DNA of 53,794 nucleotides from an uncultured Chloroflexia bacterium (GTDB taxonomy: Bacteria; Chloroflexota; Limnocylindria; QHBO01). Made by a program: the position numbers and the translations under genes. A model generated the notes under the pieces. The model saw only the letters and a program-made list of their open reading frames with translations, was not told where the DNA came from and searched no databases. How positions within the stretch are numbered: position 1 is the first letter of the stretch; each line of letters opens with the position of its first letter. The stretch spans positions 1 to 53,794 of the forward strand of contig CAWHAZ010000006.1 in NCBI GenBank assembly GCA_963827475.1, read 5' to 3'. Shown piece after piece: positions 29,762-39,410 of this stretch.

Positions 29762-30576
29762 CCTCGCCGCGCCTGGTGGCCCTCCGCGAGCTGGCGGAGG
29801 AGGCGGAGCTCGAGCGTCGCGACTTCATCTCCGAGGCGACCGAGCAGCTCCGCCGCTTCCTCGAGGGCAACCGCGAGCGGCTGCGGGAGATCGGCCAGGT
29901 CACCCTCGTCGACGACGAGCAGGACTTCCTGCGCTATCACCCGGTCGACCAGCTGTGGGTCACCCGGCTCACCTACCAGGATCCGGCCGACGGCGAGTGG
30001 TACGACCAGGAGCAGGAGGTCGACACCATCTCGGAGCTGGTCGAGCTGTACAACCCGGCCGACATCCTGGCCTGGCTGATCGAGGCGGCCCGCAACCCGA
30101 TCGACCACCTGGCTCCGGCCGATCAGCTCACCGACGAGGAGGCGCCCCCTGCCGAGGCGGAGGACGACTGGCAGAACGAGCTGCCGGCCGAACAGCGGGA
30201 GACGCTCGCCGCCCAGCGGCTGTGGCAGCTGGCCGACGCCTACCGCTCCCAGCTCCAGGAGCAGCAGGCGGCGCTCCTGCGCGAGTTCGTCGGCAACGCG
30301 GAGGACGCGCTGCGCCTGACCGGCGACCTCGTCCTGCTCGAGGAGTCCGATGACGCGCTCGTCCTCCGCGGTGACGGCCGGTTCGAGACGACCCTGAACC
30401 TCGCCGACCTGCCTCCGCGTTCGGCCGAGCCGACGGAGGCTCACCGGGACGGCCTGACGGTGACCGATGCGAAGACGGTGGCCGAGTTCTACGACCCCGC
30501 GGACGTCCTCCAATGGGTGACCGAGGCGCTGTCCGAGCGATACCCGGCGGTCGACTTCAGCGCCGTGTACGACTGA
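29758..30576 (+). CDS. Hypothetical acidic protein with two-fold internal repeat
   Basis: Halves end ELYNPADILAWLIEA and EFYDPADVLQWVTEA; strong GC3 bias. Confidence 0.75.
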   Translation: MTSPRLVALRELAEEAELERRDFISEATEQLRRFLEGNRERLREIGQVTLVDDEQDFLRYHPVDQLWVTRLTYQDPADGEWYDQEQEVDTISELVELYNPADILAWLIEAARNPIDHLAPADQLTDEEAPPAEAEDDWQNELPAEQRETLAAQRLWQLADAYRSQLQEQQAALLREFVGNAEDALRLTGDLVLLEESDDALVLRGDGRFETTLNLADLPPRSAEPTEAHRDGLTVTDAKTVAEFYDPADVLQWVTEALSERYPAVDFSAVYD

Positions 30577-30579
30577 CCG

Positions 30580-31209
30580 ATGGTTCGCGGCGTTCCGGCT
30601 CCGGCCGACCTGGCGGCGGCCTCCACCGAGGACCTGTTCCTCGGCGCCGGCGCGCTGCGTGAGGGCCACTTTCGGCTGAAGAGCGGGCTCCACTCGCCGC
30701 GCTACCTCGAGAAGTTCCTCGTCTTCCAGTACCCGACCCTGGCGTCCGAGCTGTGCCGCCGGATGGCGGTGGAGGTGGCCCGCCTCGCGCCCAACGTGGT
30801 CGTCGGCCCGACCACCGGCGGCGTGCTGCTGGCGTTCGAGACGGCGCGCCACCTGTCGACCATCCTGGGCTGGGAGGTCCGCGACCTGTTCGCCGAGCCC
30901 ACGGTGCTGGCCGGGGGTCGGGAGCTGCGACGCGGGTTCGAGGTCAGCCGCGCGGACACGATCGTGCTGGTCGACGACATCCTCACCACCGGCGCCTCGC
31001 TGCGAGAGACGCGCGAGGCCGTCGAACATGCCGGCGGCCAGCCGGTCGCCGCGGTCGTGATCGTCGACCGCTCCTCCGAGCCGGTGGACATCGGTCTGCC
31101 GATCCTGCCGGTGGGCAGGATCGAGATCCCCGTCTGGGAGCCGCGGGACTGCCCGCTGTGCGACGCGGGGGACTGGCTCGAGACCCCGGGGAGCGCCGGC
31201 GCGACCTGA
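30580..31209 (+). CDS. pyrE: Orotate phosphoribosyltransferase
   Basis: GHFRLKSGLHS-x-x-Y, GP-x-x-GG, LRRGF, VDDILTTG-x-S. Confidence 0.93.
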   Translation: MVRGVPAPADLAAASTEDLFLGAGALREGHFRLKSGLHSPRYLEKFLVFQYPTLASELCRRMAVEVARLAPNVVVGPTTGGVLLAFETARHLSTILGWEVRDLFAEPTVLAGGRELRRGFEVSRADTIVLVDDILTTGASLRETREAVEHAGGQPVAAVVIVDRSSEPVDIGLPILPVGRIEIPVWEPRDCPLCDAGDWLETPGSAGAT

Positions 31210-31221
31210 GGACGGGGGCGT

Positions 31222-32100
31222 CTACGGGAGCGTCGGCTCCTGCCAGGTGACCTCGGTGATGCGGGCCGGCGGGAACTCCCCGTCGGCGGGGACGATCCCC
31301 GCCTCCGCCTCCAGCGGGATCCCGATCGGGGCGACCAGGTAGCGGCCCGCGAGCCGGCGAGCCTCCGGGTCGAGCGCGAACCCGGCCTTCGCCCGGTGGA
31401 AGGTGACGGTGATGTCGGCGGTCACGACCGGATCGGACTGCTCCCCGCCAGTGAGGTCGATCAGGGTCGGGGTGTCCACGGCCAGCACCCGGCACGGACG
31501 CCCGGCCGCGGCGGCGTGGGTCCGGATGGCGTTCACCAGCTGGACCGCGCTGGCCACCGGCTCGCGCAGCGGACCGGCGGCCCCGCTCCCGAGCAGGGCG
31601 TCCACCATGAGCGACGCCGGGGAGAGGCGGGCCCGCAGGCTGGTCAGCAGCTCGGTGGTCGGCGCCACGAACAGCTCGAGCGATCCGGCTGACGCCATGG
31701 CCTGGAGGACCATCCAGTTGTGCGCCGCCGCCGTCCCGCCGATGCGGCTCGCCTCCCCGACGAGAACGGCGATGACCCGCTGGCCGCCAGCCGCCAGGCG
31801 GCGTGCGACGACAAACCCATCCCCGCCGTTGTTCCCGGTCCCGCACAGGACCACGCTCAGCAGCCGCTCGGCCAGCGGCCCGCCCGGGCCGAGTACCGGC
31901 TCGGCGAGCCGCGTGAGCTCGGTGAACGCGACCTCGGCCACGGCGGCGCCGGCGCTCTCCATCAGCGCGTCCTCGGCGAGACCGAGCCGGCGGGCCGCCT
32001 CGTCGATCTCGGCCATCTCCGCCGCCCCGATGAGCACCGACCGGCTGCGGGACTCGGTGGTGGGCGCGGATGCGGGCGCGCCGGCGCCCGGGTCGGTCAT
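31222..32100 (-). CDS. nnrE: NAD(P)H-hydrate epimerase (stand-alone YjeF N-terminal domain)
   Basis: LMESAG, CGTGNNGGDG, VDALLGSG, AVD-x-P, TVTF, IGIP. Confidence 0.88.
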   Translation of the reverse strand: MTDPGAGAPASAPTTESRSRSVLIGAAEMAEIDEAARRLGLAEDALMESAGAAVAEVAFTELTRLAEPVLGPGGPLAERLLSVVLCGTGNNGGDGFVVARRLAAGGQRVIAVLVGEASRIGGTAAAHNWMVLQAMASAGSLELFVAPTTELLTSLRARLSPASLMVDALLGSGAAGPLREPVASAVQLVNAIRTHAAAAGRPCRVLAVDTPTLIDLTGGEQSDPVVTADITVTFHRAKAGFALDPEARRLAGRYLVAPIGIPLEAEAGIVPADGEFPPARITEVTWQEPTLP

Positions 32101-32657
32101 TCGAGGGTCAGCAGGTAGTCGACGATGATCGCGATCTCTTCGGTCGTGAGCTGGCCGCCGGGCCCGCCGAACGCCGGCATGCCGCCGCGGTCGAGGCCCT
32201 CGACCTCCGGTCCGGTGCCGTCGATCCACAGGTTGGCCCAGGTGTCGGGGAAGTCCTCGCCCAGCTGCTGGAGGTTCTCGCTCACCGGCCCTCCCGACAC
32301 GCCGTGCAGGCTCGGGAAGTTGCCCTGGCCCGAGAGGTCCTCGCCATGGCAGGCCTGGCAGCCGGCCTCCTCGATGAGCGCGACGGCGTCCTGTGGGGCT
32401 TCGCTCGGCGGCGGCTCCCCCGACGGTGGCGGTTCGCCGGACGGTGGCGCTCCCGACGGCGGCGGCTCGCCCGAGGGCGGAGGCTCACCGGAAGCTGGCG
32501 GCTCGCTCGGCCCGCCTCCCACCAGGTCGGGGTTCTCGCCCTCCAGGTTGCCCGCCAGGGAGACCACGCCGACCAGGACGATGGCCGCCCCGATGGCGAT
32601 CAGCCAGCGCGGGATCGGCTCGTTCCCGGTCTCGACCGGTGGCGGCCCCGAGGTCAT
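32097..32657 (-). CDS. Membrane-anchored monoheme c-type cytochrome with Pro-rich linker
   Basis: N-terminal TM helix, PPSGE-type repeats, CQACH, distal GGMP. Confidence 0.9.
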   Translation of the reverse strand: MTSGPPPVETGNEPIPRWLIAIGAAIVLVGVVSLAGNLEGENPDLVGGGPSEPPASGEPPPSGEPPPSGAPPSGEPPPSGEPPPSEAPQDAVALIEEAGCQACHGEDLSGQGNFPSLHGVSGGPVSENLQQLGEDFPDTWANLWIDGTGPEVEGLDRGGMPAFGGPGGQLTTEEIAIIVDYLLTLE

Positions 32658-32661
32658 CCCG

Positions 32662-34128
32662 TCAGTGCCCCGCAGGGGCCGCGGCCGGAGCGGCTCCCGG
32701 CGTCGTGGCCTTGACCGGGCGGCCGTGGGCGGCGAGGAGATACGCCGTCGTCGCGTGACCGATCGCGGCCAGCCCGGTGAGGCCGAGACCGGCCCACGCC
32801 ACGAGGTGGATCGGCAGCAGGGCCGTGTTGATCTCGGAGGTGGTCAACCCATCGGCGACCAACCCGACGTGGAACAGGCCGGCAGCGATGAGCGCGGTGC
32901 CGGCCACCGCCGCTCCCCCAACCGCGGACCACGTGACGACGTACGCCAGCAGCCCGCCGCGATGCGCGCGATGGAGCATCCGCGGCCAGGCGTGCTCGGC
33001 CACGGCCAGCAGGCCGATGGTGGCCGCTCCGCCGAGGCCGAACGCAGCCACCCCGAACGGCCACTCGGTGCGGGCGACGGCCTCCTGGACCGTCCGCAGC
33101 GACCCGATGCCGAGCAGCAGGACGCTGCCGCCGAGGAACACCAGGGACGCGACGGCCAGGGCGGCCGGTCCCGGGGACAGGACCAGGCTCCATCGGCCGC
33201 GGAGGGTCATGGCCAGGTTGGCGATGATCGCGGTCGCGGGCAGGAGCAGCATCATCGTCGCCGCGTTGCCGGCGCTGACCAGGGCGTACGGCAGCGAGGG
33301 ATGGACGGCCGCGCCGAAGCAGGACAGCAGGCCCAGGATCGCCCACGACCCGAGCCCGAACCAGGCCAGCGAGCCGGAGGCGAGTGGCTGCCCGGTGAGC
33401 CGTGGGATGAGGTAGTGGAGCGCGCCGATCGGAACGCCCAGCAGCCAGACCAGGGAGATGCCGCGCACCCACCATGCCTCGGCGATGGCGTCCAGAGTCG
33501 GATCGAGGTCGAGCACGCCGACGATCGTGGCCTCCACGGTCATGCCCAGCAGCGAGAACATCCCGACCCCGAACCAGGCCAGCCCCACGAACGGCGGATC
33601 GGAGTCGCGCAACGTCGGCCAGAACGAGATGTTGATCAGGATCAATCCGAGGATGAGGACGAGGTTCACCGGCAGCGGGAACCCGGTCAGCGTCCCGGTG
33701 TCCGCCAGCTGCGGGATGTAGAGCAGGGTCAGGCCGGCGGCGAACCCCACGTTCCAGGTGGCCATCCCCAGCATCCCGATCCGCCCGTTCGAGATCGGCC
33801 GGCCCGTCACGCGGGGGGTGATGAAGAAGATCGCGCCCAGGGCAGCATTGGTCAGCCAGCCCCAGACGAACGCGTGCCGGAACCCGGCGGCCACCGTGGT
33901 CGGAGTCAGCTCGAAGGAGATGCCGAAGGGCAGGGCGAGCACGATCTCGAACTCGGACATGACCAGCTGGAGCGCGGCGAACGTGCCCAGCCCGGTGGCC
34001 GTCACCAGCCAGAACACCGCGAACCCGAAATAGCCCATCGCGGCGGCGTCGCCACTGGACGGGAGCAGTTCCGAGCGCTTCTTCGGTGGCTCGTCGTACG
34101 GTCGCAGCCGCTTCAGGTTGCCGGTCAT
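32662..34128 (-). CDS. CcoN-like (cbb3 oxidase subunit I) polytopic membrane protein lacking metal-ligand histidines
   Basis: About 12 hydrophobic segments; CcoN-like landmarks YLIPRLTGQPLAS, TLRGRW, SLRTVQ...TEW, but His ligands replaced. Confidence 0.75.
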   Translation of the reverse strand: MTGNLKRLRPYDEPPKKRSELLPSSGDAAAMGYFGFAVFWLVTATGLGTFAALQLVMSEFEIVLALPFGISFELTPTTVAAGFRHAFVWGWLTNAALGAIFFITPRVTGRPISNGRIGMLGMATWNVGFAAGLTLLYIPQLADTGTLTGFPLPVNLVLILGLILINISFWPTLRDSDPPFVGLAWFGVGMFSLLGMTVEATIVGVLDLDPTLDAIAEAWWVRGISLVWLLGVPIGALHYLIPRLTGQPLASGSLAWFGLGSWAILGLLSCFGAAVHPSLPYALVSAGNAATMMLLLPATAIIANLAMTLRGRWSLVLSPGPAALAVASLVFLGGSVLLLGIGSLRTVQEAVARTEWPFGVAAFGLGGAATIGLLAVAEHAWPRMLHRAHRGGLLAYVVTWSAVGGAAVAGTALIAAGLFHVGLVADGLTTSEINTALLPIHLVAWAGLGLTGLAAIGHATTAYLLAAHGRPVKATTPGAAPAAAPAGH

Positions 34129-34198
34129 CCGGGCGTGGAGCCTCCTGTGGGGGCCGCGGCGGGCGACCCGGCCGCATTGTAGCGGGCACAATCCGCGA

Positions 34199-34753
34199 AT
34201 GACCGATTCGGGCTCCGCTCGCGAGGTGGTCCGCCCGCTGCTCCGCGCGCGGCAGGTTCGCGAGTTCACCGACGAGCCGCTGACCGATGATCAGCTCGCC
34301 GCCATCACCGATGTCGCCCGCTGGACCGGGAGCAGCCGAAACACCCAACCCTGGCGGTTCCTCGTCATCCGCGACCCCGACGCCATCGGCCGCCTCGAGG
34401 CTGCCGGGCTGCCCCAGACTCGAGCGTTGAAGACGGCCACCGCGGTCGTCGCCATCGTCCTGCCGGTGGACCCGGAGCGGACCCTGTCCCACGCCTACGA
34501 CGACGGGCGGGCCGCGGAGCGGATGCTCATCGCCGCGGGCATGCTCGGCGTGGCGGCGGGGATTGCCTGGGTCCGGCCCGACGTCCTGCCCGCCGTGCGC
34601 GAGATCCTCGAGCTGCCGGAGGACCGCATGATCCGGACCCTGATGGCGCTCGGCCACCCCACCGACGAGGCCCTCCAGCCAAAGTCCCCGCCTGGCGAGG
34701 CGCGGCTTCCGCGGGAACAGTCGATTTTCAGCGAGCGCCTGCCGCCGGACTGA
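34199..34753 (+). CDS. Nitroreductase family protein
   Basis: RQVREF, SSRNTQPWRFLV, LGHP. Confidence 0.9.
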   Translation: MTDSGSAREVVRPLLRARQVREFTDEPLTDDQLAAITDVARWTGSSRNTQPWRFLVIRDPDAIGRLEAAGLPQTRALKTATAVVAIVLPVDPERTLSHAYDDGRAAERMLIAAGMLGVAAGIAWVRPDVLPAVREILELPEDRMIRTLMALGHPTDEALQPKSPPGEARLPREQSIFSERLPPD

Positions 34754-34758
34754 GGCCG

Positions 34759-35088
34759 CTACTTGGGCGGGAGGCTCTCCGCGAAGGCGAGGCCGCGGTC
34801 GACCCACGCGGCCAGGTCGTCGTCAGTCACCAACCCGGCCGGCGACACCAGCAGCCAGCCGCGCGACGGCCGGCCGGTCGTGTCGAACTCGTGCGCTCCG
34901 GGCAGTGCGATCGCCTCGTCGTGACCCTGCGGCCCCACCCGGACCATCAGCTCGTCGCCGACCACCCCCACCGCCATGTTGCCGCCGACCATGAAGCCGA
35001 TGCCGCCGAACATCTGCCGCTCGACGAGAGCCGGGTGGTCGCCGAGCCGGGCGCGGATCCGATCGGCGAGCGCGGCGTCGTAGGCCAT
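34759..35088 (-). CDS. TfoX/Sxy N-terminal domain protein
   Basis: MAYD...ERQMFGG-x-GFMV-x-GNM, LMVRVG, W...FAESLPPK. Confidence 0.85.
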   Translation of the reverse strand: MAYDAALADRIRARLGDHPALVERQMFGGIGFMVGGNMAVGVVGDELMVRVGPQGHDEAIALPGAHEFDTTGRPSRGWLLVSPAGLVTDDDLAAWVDRGLAFAESLPPK

Positions 35089-35112
35089 GGCCAGACTCTA
35101 CCCGGAAAGGCG

Positions 35113-35162
35113 AAAGCCGCCCGGTCGGAGGCGGCTCTCGCGCGTGGTAAGCGAATTGGTTG
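35113..35162 (-). repeat. Direct-repeat copy of the tRNA-fMet 3' end plus its terminator
   Basis: 48 of 50 nt match 37570..37619. Confidence 0.9.
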
Positions 35163-35257
35163 ACCATTCTACGCGGGGAGTGCCGGAATGGCCAGTAGCC
35201 CGAGTGGGACCATCGTGTCGCTGGCCTCGGGGTCGCACGACCGGTAGTCTGCTTCCG

Positions 35258-37546
35258 ATGGGAAAGACCCCGATCGGCCGCTCCCTCGTCGCTCCTCGTT
35301 CCCTCGTCCTGGCCAGCAACCTGGTCCTCACCGCCCCGGCGGCCGCCGCGACCGTCCCCGCGGGCTTTACCGACGCCATCGTCGCGAGCGGGATGCCGAA
35401 CCCAACAGCCATGGCGTTCGCGCCCGACGGCCGGCTGTTCGTCGCGCAGCAGGGCGGTGCCCTGCGGGTGATCAAGAACGGGTCACTGCTCGCGACGCCG
35501 TTCCTGACCGTGACCGTCAACTCGTCAGGCGAGCGCGGGCTGCTGGGCGTCGCCTTCGATCCCGACTTCCCGATCAACCAGTACGTGTACGTCTACTACA
35601 CGGCGACGACCCCGGCCATCCACAACCGGGTCAGTCGGTTTACCGCGAACGGCGACGTCGCGGTGCCGGGGAGCGAGGTGGTGATCCTCGACCTCCCCAA
35701 CCTCTCGGCGACGAATCACAACGGAGGGGCGATCCACTTTGGGCCCGACGGCAAGCTCTACGTCGCCGTCGGCGAGAATGCCGTTCCGTCCAACTCCCAA
35801 AGCCTGGCCAATCCCCTCGGGAAGCTGCTCAGGATCAACCGCGACGGCTCGATCCCGACCGACAACCCGTTCTACGGCTCGACCAGCGGCATCAACCGGT
35901 CGATCTGGGCGCTGGGCCTTCGGAATCCGTTCACATTCGCGTTCCAGTCGAGCACGGGTCGGTTGTTCATCAACGACGTCGGGGCGGGCACGTGGGAGGA
36001 GATCAACGACGGAATCGCGGGCTCGAACTACGGCTGGCCGGCCTCTGAAGGTCCAACGAGCACGCCGGGGCAGCGCGGGCCCGTGTTCGCCTATGGCCAT
36101 GGCAATGGCCCGGTTGGCGGGTGCGCGATCGCCGGCGGCGCTTTCTACAACCCCGTCGCCGTCCAGTTCCCGGCGTCCTACGTCGGGAGCTACTTCTTCG
36201 CCGACTTGTGCGCCGGCTCGATCTATCGGATCGAGCCGGCCAACGGCTATGCGATCAGCACCTTCGCCACGGGGATCGACTCGCCGGTCGACCTGCAGGT
36301 CGGACCTGACGGCAACCTCTACTACCTCGCCCGCGGGGGTGGAGGCGTCGTGGGCCGGATCGCCCACCCGAACAGCCCGCCGCCGCCGATGGAGACCACG
36401 TTCGTCGCGGTCAGCCCCGTGCGCGGCTGCTGGACAGTCGGTTCGGGACCGGGCTGTCGGGCCGTTCGCGGCCGGTGTGCCCCGGACCTGGCAGGTGGCC
36501 GGCGTCGGCGGGTTGCCGGCCGATGCGGTGGCGGTGACCGGCAACATTGACGGTGACCGCCCAGACGCGGCTCGGCTGCGTGTAACCGTCGTCTCCGACT
36601 CCCAGCGCTCAACGCCTCGACCAGCTCGACGGTGAATTTCCCGGTCGGCGACACCCGGGCCACCAACGTCACGATCGCGCTCGGGGCCGGCGGCAGCCTG
36701 TCGGCGCGATCTATGCGGCTGCGCCCGGGCGGACGTCCCAGCTCGTCTTCGACGTGACCGGCTACTTCCTCGCCTCGAACGCCGGGGCCACCTACCGGCC
36801 GCTGCCGCCGGTCCGCAGCCTCGACACTCGGTTCGGGAACGGGCTGACCGGGACGTTCGCGACCACCGTGCCGCGGACCTGGCAGGTCGCCGGCCGAGAC
36901 GGGATCCCGGCCGGCGCGGTGGCGGTCACCGGGAACGTCACCGTCACCGGCCAGACGAGCCGCGGCTGGGTGACCGTCGACCCCGGACCCGGTCGCTCAA
37001 CCCGACCACCTCCACCCTGAACTTCCCGGCCGCCGACACGAGGGCCAACGGGCTCACCGTCGCGCTGGGATCAGGCGGGACGCTCAGCGCGGTCTACCAC
37101 GGCGAGTTCGGGCGCGTCGACCCACCTGGTCTTCGACGTGACCGGCTACTACATGGCGGATCTCGCCGGGACGCGATTTCGTGCCGCTCGTCCCGGTCCG
37201 GGTGCTGGACAGCCGCGTCATCACCGGACTGGCCGGGCCGTTCGTCTCGGGCGACCCCCAGGGTGCTGACCCTCGTCCCGGGCGGCGCCGGGTCCCGCCA
37301 ACCGCGGCCGCGATCACCGGCAATCTGACCGTCACCAACGCGCGCTCGGCCGGCTGGGTCGCCCTCGACCGAGCAGCCGACCGCCAGCCCGGGCACGCTC
37401 GACCCTGAACTTCCCGGCCGCCGACACGAGAGCCAACGGGATCACCGCGCCCTGTCGCCGAGCGGGACGGTCGCCCTGATCCATCGGCGGGTACGAGCGG
37501 CATCACCACCGACCTCATCCTCGACGTCACCGGCTACTTCCAGTAA
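35258..37546 (+). CDS. Secreted PQQ-dependent glucose/sorbosone dehydrogenase-like protein with three C-terminal repeat domains (frameshifted)
   Basis: GERGLLG, NHNGG, GLRNP, WEEIN, NYGWP; three repeats of R-x-LD-x-R...AV-x-GN-x-TV...NFP...FDVTGY; TAA at 37546. Confidence 0.85.
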
Positions 37547-37569
37547 CGGGCCAGGCTCCGAACAACACA

Positions 37570-37596
37570 AAAGCCGCCCGGTCGGAGGCGGCTTTC
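37570..37596 (-). terminator. Intrinsic terminator downstream of tRNA-fMet
   Basis: AAAGCCGCC...GGCGGCTTT hairpin followed by a T-rich tract on the minus strand. Confidence 0.75.
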
Positions 37597-37613
37597 GCGC
37601 GTGGTAAGCGGAT

Positions 37614-37688
<75 letters not shown>

Positions 37689-37729
37689 ACCTACAAGGTT
37701 ACGCGCCGCGCGCGCATCGGTCAATCGGG

Positions 37730-38056
37730 TCAGCGCCCGGCGAGCGTCTTCACCACCGAGCGGACGACGAGCAGGAACACGATGGCCACTACCATCCCGC
37801 GCAGGCCGAGCTTGGTGGCATCCACCGCCGGCTCCCAGTGGACGGCCTCGCCGCGGATGACCCACATCCCGACCGGTCGGGCGCTGACGCCGAAGCCGCC
37901 GCCCCCATTCTTGGCCTCGTCGCTCCCGCCTCCCGCACCACCCATGACCTCCGCCACGGGAATGAGGGTGACTCCGTTCTTCTGGATCGGCTCTCCGTAG
38001 ACCCGGGACACCGCGATGGCGTTCTGTGCCCCCTGGATCATCTCGTCGACGTTCAT
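37730..38056 (-). CDS. GerW/YtfJ family protein
   Basis: VYGEPI-x-x-x-GVTLIPVA, Gly-rich GGAGGG/GGGGFG, PVG. Confidence 0.8.
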   Translation of the reverse strand: MNVDEMIQGAQNAIAVSRVYGEPIQKNGVTLIPVAEVMGGAGGGSDEAKNGGGGFGVSARPVGMWVIRGEAVHWEPAVDATKLGLRGMVVAIVFLLVVRSVVKTLAGR

Positions 38057-38076
38057 CGGTTTGTCTCCTCGCCTGG

Positions 38077-39312
38077 TCAGGTCGGCCGGTGGGCTCCCGG
38101 CTCCATCTCGTGCATCGCCCAGTGGATGCCGTCACGGTCAAGGATGGCCAGATATGGGTCGGCGTCAAATGCCTCGGGCCCGAGGACCCCGGAACCGCTC
38201 CACGTTCCGCTGGCCAGCAGCTCCATCGCGACCACCGGGTTGAAGCCGGTCTGCCAGCCCACGACCTGGACCCCGTACCGCTGCCAGGTGTCGGCGGCAT
38301 CCGCCCGCTGGTACAGGAAGACCTCGCGAGGCTTCCCATCCTTGCGACCGATGATCCAGGTCCCCACGATCGCCCGCCCCACCATCCGGTCACCGAGGTT
38401 GATCGGATCGGGGGTGATCGCGGCGAGGACGTCACGCGGGGCGACCTCGACCCCCTTGACGCTCACTTTGTCGGTCCGATCCAACCCCAGATCGCGGATC
38501 GTCTTCAGCTTGTCGATGAAGTCACTGCCAAGCGCGTACTTGAAACTCACCCGGCGGACCTCCGGCAGCCAGCGCGGCACGAGCAGGACCTCCTCGTGCT
38601 CGACGTTCACGCACTCCATCGGTCCCACGCCCTCGGGGAAGGGGAAATCCTCCGGCGCGCTGAACGGCTCGGTGGTGTGCCAGCCGCCGCGGTCCGCGTC
38701 CCACAGGATCGGCGGGTTCAGGCACTCCTCGATCGTGGTCCAGATGCTGAACACCGGGGCGAAGGCGTAGCCCGGGATCTGGAGGTCGCCCCCGTCGCGG
38801 ACGTGGACCTCGTGGACCTCGTCGAACAGGTGGTCGCGCGCATAGCGGGCGAACAGGTCGGACAGGCCGGGATCCATGCCCATCCCGAGCAGGGCCAGCT
38901 TCCCCGACTGCTCCCACGCCTCGTGGCGGGCGAACTGCTCATCGCCCAGCTTCACGCCGGGGGTGTCGAACGGATCGGTCGGGTGCGGCGCCGACAGGCT
39001 GTTGGCCATGTCCATGTAGTGGGTCCCCGCTTCGAGAGCGCCCTCGAACAGCGGCATCACGAACTGGGGGTCGACCGCATTCATGACCAGGTCAGACCGA
39101 TGGCGCCGCGCGAGCGCGGCGACGGCTCCACGATCACGGGCGTCGATGTGCTCGACCGGAAACCGTTCCGCATCCGCCAACGAGGCCTGGAGCGCTTCCG
39201 CCCGCGTGGCGTCGTAATCGGCCAGCACCATGGACTCGCACCATGCATGGGGTGCCGCTAGCCGGGCGATCGACTCGCCGACGGTTCCCACACCCACTAG
39301 GAGAATGCGCAA
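38077..39312 (-). CDS. Saccharopine dehydrogenase family protein
   Basis: TTG start after AAGGAGG; GVGTVG, YMDMA, GMGMDPG, RDGG, HEEV. Confidence 0.88.
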   Translation of the reverse strand: MRILLVGVGTVGESIARLAAPHAWCESMVLADYDATRAEALQASLADAERFPVEHIDARDRGAVAALARRHRSDLVMNAVDPQFVMPLFEGALEAGTHYMDMANSLSAPHPTDPFDTPGVKLGDEQFARHEAWEQSGKLALLGMGMDPGLSDLFARYARDHLFDEVHEVHVRDGGDLQIPGYAFAPVFSIWTTIEECLNPPILWDADRGGWHTTEPFSAPEDFPFPEGVGPMECVNVEHEEVLLVPRWLPEVRRVSFKYALGSDFIDKLKTIRDLGLDRTDKVSVKGVEVAPRDVLAAITPDPINLGDRMVGRAIVGTWIIGRKDGKPREVFLYQRADAADTWQRYGVQVVGWQTGFNPVVAMELLASGTWSGSGVLGPEAFDADPYLAILDRDGIHWAMHEMEPGAHRPT

Positions 39313-39358
39313 CTTGCGGCCCTCCTTCTCCGTGGAACCGTCACGGCCCGCCCAAGCG

Positions 39359-39385
39359 GAACGCGCCGCCAGCGGCGGCGCGTTC
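39359..39385. terminator. Intergenic hairpin (possible terminator or RNA stabiliser)
   Basis: 12-bp inverted repeat GAACGCGCCGCC / GGCGGCGCGTTC. Confidence 0.55.
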
Positions 39386-39410
39386 GCAGTCTATCGGTAC
39401 GGGAGTGGGG

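Noticed and set aside
36400-37546. Repeated DNA segments resembling an array
   Set aside because: They are three copies of a protein domain in the dehydrogenase C-terminus. No CRISPR repeat-spacer pattern or cas gene was seen in the window.
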